64,000 nucleotides of DNA from Alphaproteobacteria bacterium (GTDB lineage: Bacteria > Pseudomonadota > Alphaproteobacteria > Rhizobiales > Beijerinckiaceae). Within the stretch, counting starts at the first letter, position 1; each line of letters starts with the position of its first letter. A program made the position numbers and the translations under genes. This document shows, piece by piece, positions 28,883 through 38,328 of this stretch. Location of the stretch: assembly GCA_016869595.1 (NCBI GenBank), contig VGDT01000002.1, positions 18,878-82,877 on the forward strand, written 5' to 3'. The notes below the pieces were generated by a model. That model made no database searches. It worked only from the letters and a program-made list of their open reading frames with translations, and was not told where the DNA came from.

Positions 28883-29197
28883 GTGTTCACGGTCGTCGAG
28901 ACGCCAACATTTGTCAGACTCGCCGGACAATGCTGGCGAGATGACGAAAGGGTCGCATTCATCGACTTTATCGCGGCAAATCCCGATGCGGGCGATGTCA
29001 TTCCCCGATCTGGCGGGCTTCGCAAAGTACGGTGGAGCGGAAGCGGACGAGGCAAACGCGGCGGCGTTCGGGTGATCTATTTCAGCCGCCTTGCCCAAGG
29101 CGAGATATGGCTACTGCTCGTCTATCCGAAATCCACGCACGAGAATGTGTCGCCCGATGTGCTTCGCCAGATCAGGAAGGAAATCGAAGATGCCTAA
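28883..29197 (+). CDS. RelE/ParE (HigB-like) type II toxin
   Basis: VVETPTF, NPDAGDVIPRSGGLRKVRW...GKRGGVRVIY...IWLLLVYPKS. GTG start. Confidence 0.9.
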   Translation: MFTVVETPTFVRLAGQCWRDDERVAFIDFIAANPDAGDVIPRSGGLRKVRWSGSGRGKRGGVRVIYFSRLAQGEIWLLLVYPKSTHENVSPDVLRQIRKEIEDA

Positions 29198-29498
29198 GGC
29201 AGGGGTGAAACCCGCGAAGTCCTCGACCAAGATTGACGTTGGCGCGGAATTGCTCGCCTCGGTGCGCGAGATGAAGGCTGGCGCGCGAGCGCGCGTTCAT
29301 ACGCCCGACGTTCCGGAATTCGTCCATGCGCGACTAGTTTCGGGGCTTTCTCAAGCGGAATTCGCGGCGCTGCTCGGCGTTTCCGTGCGGACCTTGCAGG
29401 ATTGGGAGCAAGGCCGCCGCAAGCCTTCCGGCGCCGCAATTACCCTTTACAAGATTGCAGAGCGGCGGCCCGAAGTTTTGCGCGAGCTGGCGGCGTGA
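29190..29498 (+). CDS. HTH (HigA-like, Cro/C1) antitoxin
   Basis: LSQAEFAALLGVSVRTLQDWEQGRRKPSGAA. Overlaps the toxin stop (toxin-first order). Confidence 0.9.
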   Translation: MPKAGVKPAKSSTKIDVGAELLASVREMKAGARARVHTPDVPEFVHARLVSGLSQAEFAALLGVSVRTLQDWEQGRRKPSGAAITLYKIAERRPEVLRELAA

Positions 29499-29508
29499 AC
29501 CGCTAACA

Positions 29509-29588
29509 GCCTGACGCATCCCAACTACAGCCATATGGCGGTGCTGTCGGAAGCGACGCGCGCAGCGCTCGCTGGGGATTTCGCCTGA
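29509..29588 (+). repeat. 80-bp direct repeat, copy 2 (displaced alternative DUF3501 3' end)
   Basis: Encodes LTHPNYSHMAVLSEATRAALAGDFA* versus LSHPNYSHMAVLSEATRAALAGDFA* in copy 1. Confidence 0.92.
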
Positions 29589-29607
29589 GGCGAACGAAAC
29601 GAGCGCC

Positions 29608-29694
29608 CGTCATGCCCGCGCTTGTCGCGGGCATCCACGCGGCCAAGCTGCGCAATGTTCGTCGTGGATGGCCGGGACAAGCCCGGCCATGACG
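29608..29694. repeat. CGTC-type REP doublet
   Basis: cgtcatgcccgcgcttgtcgcgggcatccacg ... cgtggatggccgggacaagcccggccatgacg. Confidence 0.85.
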
Positions 29695-29777
29695 GCGGTC
29701 GAAATAAGAGCGGGATTGCAGGCGGCGGCCCTTGTCGGTAAGTCGGACGACTGACTTCTTCCTGACCCGAGCAACCC

Positions 29778-31361
29778 TTGACCACCACCCCGAACGACCC
29801 CGTCTCGCGGCGGCGCACTTTTGCGATCATCTCGCATCCCGACGCCGGCAAGACCACGCTGACCGAGAAGCTGCTGCTCTTTGGCGGCGCGATCCAGCTC
29901 GCCGGCGCGGTGAAGGCCAAGCGCAACGCGCAGCAGACGCGTTCCGACTGGATGAGCATCGAGCGCGAGCGCGGGATCTCGGTCGTCACTTCGGTCATGA
30001 CCTTCGAATACGCCGATTGCGTCTTCAATCTCTTGGATACGCCCGGCCACGAGGACTTTTCGGAAGACACCTATCGCACGCTTTCCGCCGTCGACGCCGC
30101 GGTGATGGTGATCGACGCCGCCAAGGGCATCGAGGCGCGCACCCGCAAACTCTTCGAAGTCTGCCGCCTGCGCGACATTCCCATCGTCACCTTCATCAAC
30201 AAGCTCGACCGCGAAGCGCGCGACCCTTTCGATCTCATCGACGAAATCGAAAAGACTCTCGCGCTCGATGCGACGCCGATCACCTGGCCGATCGGCTCTG
30301 GAAAGAGCTTCGCCGGCACCTACCGCTTCGCTACGAAAACCGTGCGGCGGATCGACGAGGACGCCGACGTGCTACAAACGACCGGCCTCGACGATCCTTT
30401 GTTCGACACGCTCCTGCCGGGCGGCGCCAATGAGTGGCGCGAGGAGGCGATGCTCGCCGAAGAGGGCAACAAGCCTTTCGATCTGTCAGCCTTCCGCGAG
30501 GGCCATCTGACGCCGGTCTTCTTTGGCAGCGCGCTGCGCAACTTCGGAGTCCGCGATCTGATCGACGCGATGGCGGAATATGCGCCGAGCCCGCGTGCGC
30601 AGGAGGCCGACAAGCGTCTCGTGGAGGCGAAGGAGCCGAAGATGACCGGCTTCGTCTTCAAGATCCAGGCGAATATGGACCCGAACCATCGCGACCGCAT
30701 CGCTTTCATGCGCGTCTGCTCGGGCAGGCTCACGCGCGGGATGAAGGCGAAACTCATTCGCACGGGCAAGAACATTCCGATCAATGCGCCGCAATTCTTC
30801 TTTGCGCGCGACCGCTCGATCGCCGATGAAGCTTACGCGGGCGATGTCGTTGGCTTGCCCAATCACGGACAGCTGCGCATCGGCGATACGCTGACCGAAG
30901 GCGAGGAAATTGTCTTCCGCGGCGTGCCGAGCTTCGCGCCGGAAATCCTGCGCCGCATTCTCATTGGCGACGCGATGAAGGCGAAGAAGCTGCGCGAAGC
31001 CTTGCAGCAGCTTGCGGAAGAGGGCGTCGTGCAGGTCTTCACGCCGCATGACGGCTCGGGTCCGATTGTCGGAGTCGTCGGCGCCTTGCAGCTCGATGTG
31101 CTCGCGACGCGTCTTGAAGCGGAATATGGGCTGCAGACGCGCTATGAGCAGCCGCGCTTCGCCATCTGCCGCTGGATCGCGTCCGACGAGCCGGCAAAGC
31201 TGAAGAGTTTTATCGATGCGAACGGGTCCAGCATCGCCGACGATCTCGACGGCGCGCCGGTTTTCATGAGCACGTCGGCTTTCCAGCTCAATTACGACGC
31301 CGAGCGCAATCCGGCGATCAAGTTTTCTGATGTGAAGGATTATCAGAAGCGCGCGGCCTAG
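29778..31361 (+). CDS. prfC: Peptide chain release factor 3
   Basis: RRTFAIISHPDAGKTTLTEKLL, SDWMSIERERGISV, LLDTPGHEDFSEDTYR and FINKLDR. TTG start. Confidence 0.97.
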   Translation: MTTTPNDPVSRRRTFAIISHPDAGKTTLTEKLLLFGGAIQLAGAVKAKRNAQQTRSDWMSIERERGISVVTSVMTFEYADCVFNLLDTPGHEDFSEDTYRTLSAVDAAVMVIDAAKGIEARTRKLFEVCRLRDIPIVTFINKLDREARDPFDLIDEIEKTLALDATPITWPIGSGKSFAGTYRFATKTVRRIDEDADVLQTTGLDDPLFDTLLPGGANEWREEAMLAEEGNKPFDLSAFREGHLTPVFFGSALRNFGVRDLIDAMAEYAPSPRAQEADKRLVEAKEPKMTGFVFKIQANMDPNHRDRIAFMRVCSGRLTRGMKAKLIRTGKNIPINAPQFFFARDRSIADEAYAGDVVGLPNHGQLRIGDTLTEGEEIVFRGVPSFAPEILRRILIGDAMKAKKLREALQQLAEEGVVQVFTPHDGSGPIVGVVGALQLDVLATRLEAEYGLQTRYEQPRFAICRWIASDEPAKLKSFIDANGSSIADDLDGAPVFMSTSAFQLNYDAERNPAIKFSDVKDYQKRAA

Positions 31362-31491
31362 CCGCCAACAATGTCGCCGCGGCGCCCCGTGCGAACAGAC
31401 GCGCTAAATTTCGTTTGGGTTGAACGAGAGCCCGCGGAACCTTTTGCGAGAATTGGGCGTTTTCTTAAGGTCACGCTTAAGGGGGGTGGTT

Positions 31492-31719
31492 ATGCATAGA
31501 GCAAGGGTATCACTGTTAACCTTTCTGTTTCTGCTGGGGAGCGCATTTTCGATCGCGGAGGCGCAATCTTCACGCGGGTCTTCGGCGGTTAATGCGCTGG
31601 CTCAACAATACTCGATCAGACCAGAGAAAGCCGCATGTTTTGGTTGGGGTCCGTTTTGTCCGCCAGGATTGGTGCGTAGATGCGGCCCATGGCGCTGTTG
31701 GTGCGGTCCCTGCTTTTGA
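31492..31719 (+). CDS. Small secreted cysteine-rich protein (75 aa)
   Basis: Signal peptide (MHRARVSLLTFLFLLGSAFSIAEA) and C-terminal C-x6-C-x7-C-x4-C-x-C-x2-C. Confidence 0.7.
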   Translation: MHRARVSLLTFLFLLGSAFSIAEAQSSRGSSAVNALAQQYSIRPEKAACFGWGPFCPPGLVRRCGPWRCWCGPCF

Positions 31720-31775
31720 GTGACAAGGGATGAGCCAAAGAGGTTCTCAATCATTCGATATCGGGAGAGAAATAC

Positions 31776-32267
31776 ATGCGAACGGCGCTCTCAGCTTTGC
31801 TGGCCGTCCTCTTACTGGGTACTGAGCTTTTCGCCTTCGGTTACGTTTCGGCAAGTCCTTTCGACGGCGCGGTGAGCGTACACTCGGGCCCGGGACCGAA
31901 ATGGCCGGTGATCGGAGAGCTCCGCGCAGGAGAAGAGGTCTCCGTTTCGGACTGCGTCAAGGGGTGGGGGCAGCATGACTGGTGCAAAGTCAGCTCTTTG
32001 GGGATCGAGGGCTACGTCCACGAAGGTGCGCTCGCCCCGTCGGGAGATCGCATTTTTGTCGCGCCCGTCGTTACGGCCGGGCCCGTTCAACTGAGAAAAA
32101 GGCCGGGCTCGGGATCTCCCGTGGTGGCTGCAATTCCGGCGTCGACCCAAGTGCATGTCGCGCACTGTACTCATGGCTGGCTCCGCGGCTGGTGCAGAGT
32201 TAATTTGGACGGGAGGACCGGTTTCGTCAGATCCGAATCCCTCCGGCGGGGCGTCGCCGCCCAATGA
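31776..32267 (+). CDS. Secreted protein with two bacterial SH3 domains
   Basis: VSVHSGPGPKWPVI...WCKV...GYV and VQLRKRPGSGSPVV...WCRV...GFV. Confidence 0.85.
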   Translation: MRTALSALLAVLLLGTELFAFGYVSASPFDGAVSVHSGPGPKWPVIGELRAGEEVSVSDCVKGWGQHDWCKVSSLGIEGYVHEGALAPSGDRIFVAPVVTAGPVQLRKRPGSGSPVVAAIPASTQVHVAHCTHGWLRGWCRVNLDGRTGFVRSESLRRGVAAQ

Positions 32268-32371
32268 GCTTGCCCAGTAGGGGCCAGCAAAACATCCATG
32301 GGTGAGACATTCCGAGGAACCGGACCAGCGCGTGGGGAGGGACCGATCCCTGCGCGCCCCCGGCGCGCTTC

Positions 32372-32487
32372 TAGATCACGCTGCATTTGGGCGGAATCGC
32401 CCAAGTGCAAATAACGTGATCGATTCCAAAAGTTTGGAGCGCGCTCCATGCGAAAAACCGGTTTCCACTTTTTCGCAGCGCGCTCTA
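32372..32487. repeat. TAGA...TCTA palindromic MITE-like element (about 116 bp)
   Basis: Two internal hairpins. Its reverse complement aligns with 38329-38446. Confidence 0.8.
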
Positions 32488-32655
32488 TGTTCCGCGATGC
32501 TTTTTGGAAGCGCCGCTCCGATCGGAGCGGCCGAAAACTATAGGGCCCACGATCCAGACTCTTACGAGGGGAGTTCGGAGAAAATACGCAGGCTTTTATG
32601 AGCTATTGCTGCAATGGCTTTATACAGTGGCTACGTTTGCTGCGGCTCTTATAGC

Positions 32656-32799
32656 TTAAGCGCCCTTGATCAGCGCAAAGAACGCAATGATGAGGGCAAT
32701 CGTCGCAGCGAGAATGATGACATTCTCGGCGAGCTCCAAAGCCTTTTGGGCTTCGGTCAGAACTGCGGAAAGATAATTACTGTGCAGCAGAAAGCCCAT
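32656..32799 (-). CDS. Small membrane protein (47 aa), absent from the ORF track
   Basis: MGFLLHSNYLSAVLTEAQKALELAENVIILAATIALIIAFFALIKGA*. AGGA upstream; starts just downstream of the TetR stop on the same strand. Confidence 0.6.
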   Translation of the reverse strand: MGFLLHSNYLSAVLTEAQKALELAENVIILAATIALIIAFFALIKGA

Positions 32800-32841
32800 G
32801 TTGGTTCCTGAAGGGCTGTGGCGGCGATGACCTGACGCGCC

Positions 32842-33489
32842 TCAGAAGGCGGCCAGTCCACGAAGGCTTAAGCCGGCGAGCGTGTCGACGAGACGCTCAA
32901 GGGCGTCGTCGTCGAATTTGAGCGAGAAAGGCGGCTTCGCCAGCCGCTCGGCTTCGCGCACGAAAAACATTGGTTGCTGGGCGAGCCACAGCATCGCGAA
33001 AGTAACGGTCTCCGAGGAGGATTCCTGCGGCAGGAAACGCCGCACGACGCGTTCCGCCAGGCGGAAAATTCGCGGCGGCGACTGAGCGATGAAGGCGCTG
33101 AACGTCTCGCTTGGCTTAACGCTTTCCCAGGCGAAGATGCGCAGATAGCGGCAGACGCGATCGCGTTTGACGAGCGGCAGAAGGAATTGATGCAGATAGC
33201 GTCGAAGCGCGCCTTCCGGCGACAGCGCGTCAAGTTCTTCTGCGTCCAAGAACGCATTCTCTTCGAAGGCCTGCGTCGCTGCGAGCAACACTTCGCGATA
33301 GAGCCCGTCCTTGCCGCCGAAGTGGTAATTGACGGCGGCCTGATTAGCCATCGCCTTTTGAGTGATCAGCCGGACCGAGCCGCCATCATATCCATATTCA
33401 GCGAAGACCGCGGTCGCGGCTTTGATAAGAGCCGCCCGCGTCACTTCCGTCGAGCGAGAAGCGACGCGGACCTGATCAAGATTGCTCAA
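32842..33489 (-). CDS. TetR-family regulator (CerR/CecR-like, DUF1956-type C-terminus)
   Basis: TRAALIKAATAVFAEYGYDGGSVRLIT...AAVNYHFGGKDGLY. Confidence 0.9.
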   Translation of the reverse strand: MSNLDQVRVASRSTEVTRAALIKAATAVFAEYGYDGGSVRLITQKAMANQAAVNYHFGGKDGLYREVLLAATQAFEENAFLDAEELDALSPEGALRRYLHQFLLPLVKRDRVCRYLRIFAWESVKPSETFSAFIAQSPPRIFRLAERVVRRFLPQESSSETVTFAMLWLAQQPMFFVREAERLAKPPFSLKFDDDALERLVDTLAGLSLRGLAAF

Positions 33490-33498
33490 TTCGCGTCC

Positions 33499-34113
33499 TT
33501 AGAAGCTGAATGCGCTGACAAAGCTCGACACTGCGCCGGTGAGCGACGTTGCGCCATTCCACGCCTTGTTGCCAAGCGGCGCCAGCTTTGAGGAGAGCCC
33601 TGTCGGGTCGAGCTTGGCCAACAAACTCCGTTCCGGTTGGTCCGCGCTGTCGCCCATTGTCTGGGCGGCGACCGGCTCGGCGTTGTTGGTCGGGGGCGCC
33701 AGCGGCGACCCGACAGGGTTTCTCTTTTCCGGAGACGGCTTGCGCAAGGCGGCGACCTTCGTCGACTTGGTCAAGCTCGTCTCCGTCTTCTCGGCGACCG
33801 GCTCATTCGGCGGGTCATATTCGTTCGACCAGTCAGAAATGCGCCCCTGGGGAAAGATAGCGAAGAGCGCCGGCGCACCGCTTTTGCGTCCCGCCGACGC
33901 GCGCTCAGTATCCGCCGTCTCGATCCGGTCGATGATCTTGCCGCTCACCGGATCGGTTGTGAAAACGATCTCGTTTAGAGCGTCCGCGGTCTTCCATTGC
34001 GGAGGCAGGAAGGCGACGAGCCAGGTCGCGACAAAACAGACGGCGGCGTCGATGAGAAGCCGGCGTGACCTGGCGCTAACCGCGGCGAATTTCGCTTCCA
34101 ATTGGTCGCCCAT
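33499..34113 (-). CDS. Hypothetical single-pass membrane protein
   Basis: 204-aa ORF with a TM segment near the N-terminus and a low-complexity C-terminus, ending 9 bp before tetR. Confidence 0.7.
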   Translation of the reverse strand: MGDQLEAKFAAVSARSRRLLIDAAVCFVATWLVAFLPPQWKTADALNEIVFTTDPVSGKIIDRIETADTERASAGRKSGAPALFAIFPQGRISDWSNEYDPPNEPVAEKTETSLTKSTKVAALRKPSPEKRNPVGSPLAPPTNNAEPVAAQTMGDSADQPERSLLAKLDPTGLSSKLAPLGNKAWNGATSLTGAVSSFVSAFSF

Positions 34114-34359
34114 GGCAAACCTCCGTTTGAAACGACTGATTGAAATTCAAACGGGCGTTTGAAGCGAAATTATGGCGCTCCCCTAGATACAGGCGCAGCA
34201 TGCGTCATTTTGGCGCTTTAGGCGGCCTCGGGCCGCGACCGTGGCTGCTCTTCCCGTCGCCGCTTCGCCGTGATAAGCGACCCGTCTCACGATGCGCGTA
34301 CTAAGGACCGGCTTCGCCGATTAATCCGGGAGCCGGTTTTTGCTTTCGTTCCGCGCCGT

Positions 34360-34474
34360 TAGAGCAGGTTCCGAAAAAGTTGACAGACTTTTTCGATGAG
34401 AACCTGCTCCAACGTTTTGATTTTGAGCGATTCCTTATCGATCACATGGTTCCATGTGATCGGGAAGCGCTCTA
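34360..34474. repeat. TAGAGC...GCTCTA palindromic MITE-like element (115 bp)
   Basis: Terminal inverted repeats; internal hairpins gagcaggtt...aacctgctc and gatcacatgg..ccatgtgatc. Confidence 0.8.
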
Positions 34475-34493
34475 GGCATAGAGGTCCAATTCC

Positions 34494-35768
34494 ATGAGCC
34501 ATTCCGGTTTCTTCACCGCCTCCGTCAGCGCTTCCGATCCGGAAATCGCTAAGGCGATCGAACTCGAACTCGGCCGCCAGAGGCACGAGATCGAATTGAT
34601 CGCGTCGGAGAATATTGTCTCGAAGGCGGTGCTGGAGGCCCAGGGCTCGGTTCTCACCAACAAATACGCCGAGGGCTATCCCGGAAAGCGCTATTATGGC
34701 GGCTGCCAGTTCGTCGACATCGCCGAAAATCTTGCGATTGACCGCGCGAAGAAGCTGTTTGACTGCGGCTTCGCCAATGTCCAGCCGAACTCCGGCTCGC
34801 AGGCCAATCAGTCGGTTTTTCTCGCGCTGATGCAGCCGGGCGACGTCTTCATGGGCCTTGATCTCGCCGCCGGCGGGCACTTGACGCATGGCTCGCCGGT
34901 CAACGTTTCCGGCCGCTGGTTTAAGCCGGTGAGCTATACGGTGCGCAAGCAGGATCAGCGTATCGACATGGATCAGGTCGCCGAGCTCGCCAAGGAGCAT
35001 AAGCCGAAACTGATCATCGCTGGCGGCTCGGGCTATTCCCGCATTTGGGACTTTGAAGGTTTCCGCCAGATCGCTGACAGCGTCGGCGCCTATTTCATGG
35101 TGGACATGGCGCATTTCGCCGGTCTTGTAGCCGCCGGGCTGCATCCGTCGCCCTTCCCGCACGCCCATGTCGTCACCACCACGACGCATAAGACGCTGCG
35201 CGGTCCGCGCGGCGGCATGGTGCTGACGAACGACGAGGACCTCGCCAAGAAGATCAACTCGGCTGTGTTCCCTGGCCTTCAGGGCGGTCCGCTGATGCAT
35301 GTCATCGCCGGTAAGGCCGTGGCCTTCGGCGAGGCGCTGACCCCGCAGTTCAAGACCTATCAGCAGCAGGTCAAGGACAATGCGCAGACGCTGGCGCAGA
35401 CGCTCGTCGACGCCGGTCTCGCGATCGTTTCCGGCGGCACCGACAACCATTTGATGCTTGTCGATCTGCGTCCCAAGAAGATCACCGGCAAGGCGGCTGA
35501 GGCCGCGCTCGGCCGGGCGCATATCACCTGCAATAAAAACGGCATTCCTTTCGATCCTGAGAAGCCCTTCGTCACCTCCGGCATTCGTCTCGGCTCGCCG
35601 GCGGCGACGTCGCGCGGCTTCGGCCAGAACGAGTTCAAAGAGGTCGGGCAGATGATCGTCGAAGTGCTCGACGGACTTTCGTCGAAGGGCGAAGAAGGCA
35701 ATGCCGCAACGGAAGCGTCGGTGAAGGAAAAGGTTCACGCGCTCACCGCAAAGTTCCCGATTTATTGA
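34494..35768 (+). CDS. glyA: Serine hydroxymethyltransferase
   Basis: [45 protein letters not shown] and [11 protein letters not shown]. Confidence 0.98.
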   Translation: MSHSGFFTASVSASDPEIAKAIELELGRQRHEIELIASENIVSKAVLEAQGSVLTNKYAEGYPGKRYYGGCQFVDIAENLAIDRAKKLFDCGFANVQPNSGSQANQSVFLALMQPGDVFMGLDLAAGGHLTHGSPVNVSGRWFKPVSYTVRKQDQRIDMDQVAELAKEHKPKLIIAGGSGYSRIWDFEGFRQIADSVGAYFMVDMAHFAGLVAAGLHPSPFPHAHVVTTTTHKTLRGPRGGMVLTNDEDLAKKINSAVFPGLQGGPLMHVIAGKAVAFGEALTPQFKTYQQQVKDNAQTLAQTLVDAGLAIVSGGTDNHLMLVDLRPKKITGKAAEAALGRAHITCNKNGIPFDPEKPFVTSGIRLGSPAATSRGFGQNEFKEVGQMIVEVLDGLSSKGEEGNAATEASVKEKVHALTAKFPIY

Positions 35769-35778
35769 CAATAATGGC

Positions 35779-35912
35779 GCCTTCTCCCGCTTGCGGGAGA
35801 AGGCGCCACGCCAAAGGCGCGACGGATGAGGGGTTCTCTCCGCCGCGCGAACTGTAATACCCTCACCCGACCCCGCTTCGCGGGGCCACCCTCTCCCGCA
35901 AGCGGGAGAAGG
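35779..35912. repeat. CCCTCTCCC-type REP doublet
   Basis: ccttctcccgcttgcgggagaagg ... ccctctcccgcaagcgggagaagg, with inverted loops. Confidence 0.85.
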
Positions 35913-35926
35913 AAAAGGCGCCCGAC

Positions 35927-36427
35927 ATGCGCTGTCCCTATTGCGGTTCCGCCGACACGCAGGTGAAGGACTCGCGTCCGGCGGAGGATTCGTCCTGCAT
36001 TCGGCGGCGGCGCGTCTGTCCGACCTGCGGCGGCCGCTTCACGACATTCGAGCGCGTGCAGCTGCGCGAAATCATCGTCGTAAAGAAATCGGGCCGCCGG
36101 GCGCCGTTCGATCGCGACAAGCTGACTCGTTCGGTCGAGATCGCGTTGCGGAAGCGTCCGGTCGAGCCGGAACGCGTCGAGCAGATGATTTCCGGAATCG
36201 TTCGCCAACTCGAAAGCCTCGGCGAAGTCGAGGTGGAAAGCCAGCGCATCGGCGAATTAGTGATCGAAGGACTGCGCTCGCTGGACGCCGTCGCCTTTGT
36301 GCGCTTCGCCTCGGTTTATCGTGACTTCCGCGAGGTTAGCGATTTCTCCGCAGTGATCGACGAATTGGAAAGCGGCGGCGACGGCGCGGCTCTTGCTACG
36401 GACGCCGACGACCCAGAGAAAGCATGA
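35927..36427 (+). CDS. nrdR: Transcriptional repressor NrdR
   Basis: [34 protein letters not shown] cone and [10 protein letters not shown]. Confidence 0.97.
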   Translation: MRCPYCGSADTQVKDSRPAEDSSCIRRRRVCPTCGGRFTTFERVQLREIIVVKKSGRRAPFDRDKLTRSVEIALRKRPVEPERVEQMISGIVRQLESLGEVEVESQRIGELVIEGLRSLDAVAFVRFASVYRDFREVSDFSAVIDELESGGDGAALATDADDPEKA

Positions 36428-37554
36428 CGATCCACAAATCCTTTCCGCAGACGGCGACTGACGACGCCTTTATGGCGGCGGCTCTTGCGCTCGGGCGGCG
36501 CAATTTGGGCTGCACCGCGCCGAATCCTGCGGTCGGCGCGCTGCTCGTGCGCGACGGAGTCGTCATTGCCCGCGGCTGGACTGCGCCGGGGGGGCGCCCG
36601 CATGCGGAAGCCATCGCCATGGCGGCGGCTGGCGAGGCGGCGCGCGGCGCAACGCTTTACGTGACTTTGGAGCCCTGCGCGCATCACGGCGCGACGCCGC
36701 CTTGCGTCGACTCCCTCATCGCCGGCGGCGTCGCGCGCGTCGTCACCGCTTTGGAGGATCCTGACCCGCGCGTATCTGGCGACGGCCATGCAAGACTGCG
36801 TAACGCAGGGATTGACGTCGTTGTTGGTCTAGGCGCCGCGGCTGCGCGCGCCGATCATCTCGGGCATATCCTGCGGGTCACCCGTCGGCGCCCGATGATT
36901 ACTCTTAAGTTGGCGCGGACGGCGGATGGCTACGCCGCTGGCGCGGCGCATGATCCGCGTCTCCACATCACCGGTCCAGTCGCTGACGCCTTCACCCATG
37001 TGCAGCGCTCGCTGCACGACGCCATCATGGTCGGGGGCGGCACGGCGCGCGAGGACGATCCGCTCATGACCGTGCGTCTTCCCGGCATGCAGCAGCGTAA
37101 GCCGTTGCGTATCGTGCTCGACGAAAAACTGTCGCTGTCGCCGCGTTCGCGTCTCGCTTCTACGGCGCGCGAGACGCCGCTGCTCGTGATCGCCGGAGCG
37201 GATGTCACTGATCAAGCGGTCAAAGTTTTCGAAAGCGCCACGGGCGCCGAAGTTGTCTGCATAGGGACGCGGGAAGGTCTGCTTGATCTCACGAGCGCGC
37301 TCCGACTTCTCGCCGATCGCGGCGTTACCCGCATTTTCAGCGAAGGCGGTCCGCGCGTCGCTGAAAGTCTGCTCTCCGCCGATCTTGCCGATGAGGTGAT
37401 TCTGCACACTGGCGTCAAGCCATTGGGCAGGGTCGGCCGCCCTGCGTTGACGCCTAAGGCGCGCGCCACTCTTGAGGATGATTCGCGCTATCGTCTGATC
37501 GAAACGCGTGCGCTCGGCGCCGACACGATGACGCGTTACGCGCGGCTCGACTGA
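36424..37554 (+). CDS. ribD: Bifunctional diaminohydroxyphosphoribosylaminopyrimidine deaminase/reductase
   Basis: [35 protein letters not shown] and EGG. Confidence 0.95.
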   Translation: MTIHKSFPQTATDDAFMAAALALGRRNLGCTAPNPAVGALLVRDGVVIARGWTAPGGRPHAEAIAMAAAGEAARGATLYVTLEPCAHHGATPPCVDSLIAGGVARVVTALEDPDPRVSGDGHARLRNAGIDVVVGLGAAAARADHLGHILRVTRRRPMITLKLARTADGYAAGAAHDPRLHITGPVADAFTHVQRSLHDAIMVGGGTAREDDPLMTVRLPGMQQRKPLRIVLDEKLSLSPRSRLASTARETPLLVIAGADVTDQAVKVFESATGAEVVCIGTREGLLDLTSALRLLADRGVTRIFSEGGPRVAESLLSADLADEVILHTGVKPLGRVGRPALTPKARATLEDDSRYRLIETRALGADTMTRYARLD

Positions 37555-38192
37555 TGTTCACCGGCATTGTCACCGATGTGGGCGAAGTGATTTCGATCGA
37601 GCCGCGTGGCGAACTGCGGCGTTTGCGCATCGCTTGTTCATACGATTCCAATAGCATCGCGCTTGGCGCCTCGATCGCCTGTTCGGGCGTGTGCCTGACG
37701 GTCGTCGCCGTTGCACAAGAGAGCGCGCGAACGATCTTCGAGGTCGACGCCGCCGCCGAGACGCTTGCAGTCACGACAGTTGGGACATGGATTAAAGGAA
37801 CGCGCGTCAATCTCGAACGCGCCTTGAAGATCGGCGATGAACTCGGCGGCCATATCGTCACAGGTCATGTTGATGGCGTCGCGCGCATTGTGTCGCGCGA
37901 CGACTTTTGCGATAGGGCGCCCGAAGGACGCCCGTCAGAAGAAACAAGCATGTCCAGATTCTGGACAGAGTCGCCGCGCGAGCTGTCGCGCTTCATCGCC
38001 AAGAAGGGGTCTGTCGCGCTTGATGGCGTATCACTCACGGTGAACGACGTCGACGGCGATCGCTTTTCCGTGCTGCTCATTCCGCATACGCTGGCCGTGA
38101 CTACTCTCGGCCCCCGAAGGGCAGGGGATGCGATAAACATCGAAATCGATCTGATGGCGCGCTATGCGGCAAGGTTGAGCGAAGCGCGTTAG
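37554..38192 (+). CDS. ribE: Riboflavin synthase (alpha chain)
   Basis: MFTGIV, SIACSGVCLTV, VNLERAL, GGHIVTGHVDG and GVSLTVN. Confidence 0.96.
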   Translation: MFTGIVTDVGEVISIEPRGELRRLRIACSYDSNSIALGASIACSGVCLTVVAVAQESARTIFEVDAAAETLAVTTVGTWIKGTRVNLERALKIGDELGGHIVTGHVDGVARIVSRDDFCDRAPEGRPSEETSMSRFWTESPRELSRFIAKKGSVALDGVSLTVNDVDGDRFSVLLIPHTLAVTTLGPRRAGDAINIEIDLMARYAARLSEAR

Positions 38193-38207
38193 CCCAGGAC
38201 AAATCGC

Positions 38208-38284
38208 CGTCATGCCCGCGCTTGGCGCGGGCATCTACGAAAATCTTCTCGCCATGGATGGCCGGGACAAGCCCGGCCATGACG
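38208..38284. repeat. CGTC-type REP doublet
   Basis: cgtcatgcccgcgcttggcgcgggcatc ... gatggccgggacaagcccggccatgacg. Confidence 0.85.
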
Positions 38285-38328
38285 CTGTTGTAGTCGCCGC
38301 GCAAAATTGCGTGTATCGATCTCGGCGG

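Noticed and set aside
32614-32811. 65-aa + strand ORF in the ORF track
   Set aside because: The minus-strand 47-aa hydrophobic ORF (32656-32799) has an RBS and operon context and is the better call.
34140-34493. ZTP, THF or glycine riboswitch before glyA; FMN riboswitch before the rib genes; TPP riboswitch before thiL
   Set aside because: The conserved aptamer cores were not found by eye.
34359-35771. 470-aa minus-strand ORF, and similar long shadow ORFs (879-1757, 16541-17782, 20835-21851, 55465-56592, 62468-63598)
   Set aside because: They are antisense shadows of well-supported genes in high-GC DNA and have no domain motifs.
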